From the NCBI GenBank assembly GCA_043740655.1, contig JAYUBV010000350.1, forward strand, positions 1-41,692: DNA of 41,692 bases. Reading direction: 5' to 3'. Positions 41,692 to 41,692 of this stretch are shown here, in pieces. The notes under the pieces are model-generated. The model made no database searches and was not told the origin of the DNA. It saw nothing but the letters and a program-made list of their open reading frames with translations. Numbering within the stretch: position 1 is the first letter of the stretch; each line of letters begins with the position of its first letter. Both the position numbers and the translations under genes were made by a program. Origin of the DNA: Pseudomonadota bacterium (GTDB lineage Bacteria > Bdellovibrionota > FAC87 > UBA2466).

Positions 41692-41692
41692 G

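Overview
This is a densely coding 41.7-kb chromosomal window from a Gram-negative bacterium. By eye it is mid-50s % G+C. The gene content has a deltaproteobacterial or Bdellovibrionota-like flavour, but the taxon cannot be established from sequence alone.

Plus-strand block, 1-10.9 kb:
- The 3' end of the F1 ATP synthase operon (atpD partial, atpC), then queE.
- A secreted hypothetical protein, an SRAP/YedK-type peptidase, and a convergent CDF metal exporter.
- A complete lipoate/2-oxoacid dehydrogenase supra-operon: lipA, E1alpha, E1beta, E2, E3, lipB and a 2x[4Fe-4S] ferredoxin.

Minus-strand block, 10.9-16.3 kb:
- dtd, followed by what I consider the most unusual unit in the window.
- That unit has its own promoter and tightly packs a DExRH diiron-carboxylate protein, an orphan beta-class DPPY DNA methyltransferase, a GT4 glycosyltransferase, a small ferredoxin, a glycerate-kinase-like protein and a small 4-Cys secreted protein.

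16.6-23.9 kb:
- Two large low-complexity envelope or secreted proteins. One carries a perfect 24-bp x3 in-frame tandem repeat.
- Between them sits an AmgK/MurU-like kinase and nucleotidyltransferase pair.

Minus-strand block, 23.9-41.7 kb:
- mpg (partial), dnaG and rpoD, a tRNA(CAT), a GNAT-cupin fusion, a secreted hypothetical protein and a COG1579 zinc-ribbon protein.
- A CHASE2 histidine kinase and sigma54 response regulator, then a strong terminator that abuts the ftsW start codon.
- ftsW, murG, murC and murB, followed by a patatin-like phospholipase and a lytic transglycosylase where ddl-ftsQAZ would normally sit.

I saw no CRISPR array, transposase, integrase or rRNA. All functional calls rest on motif recognition by eye. 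No searches were run.
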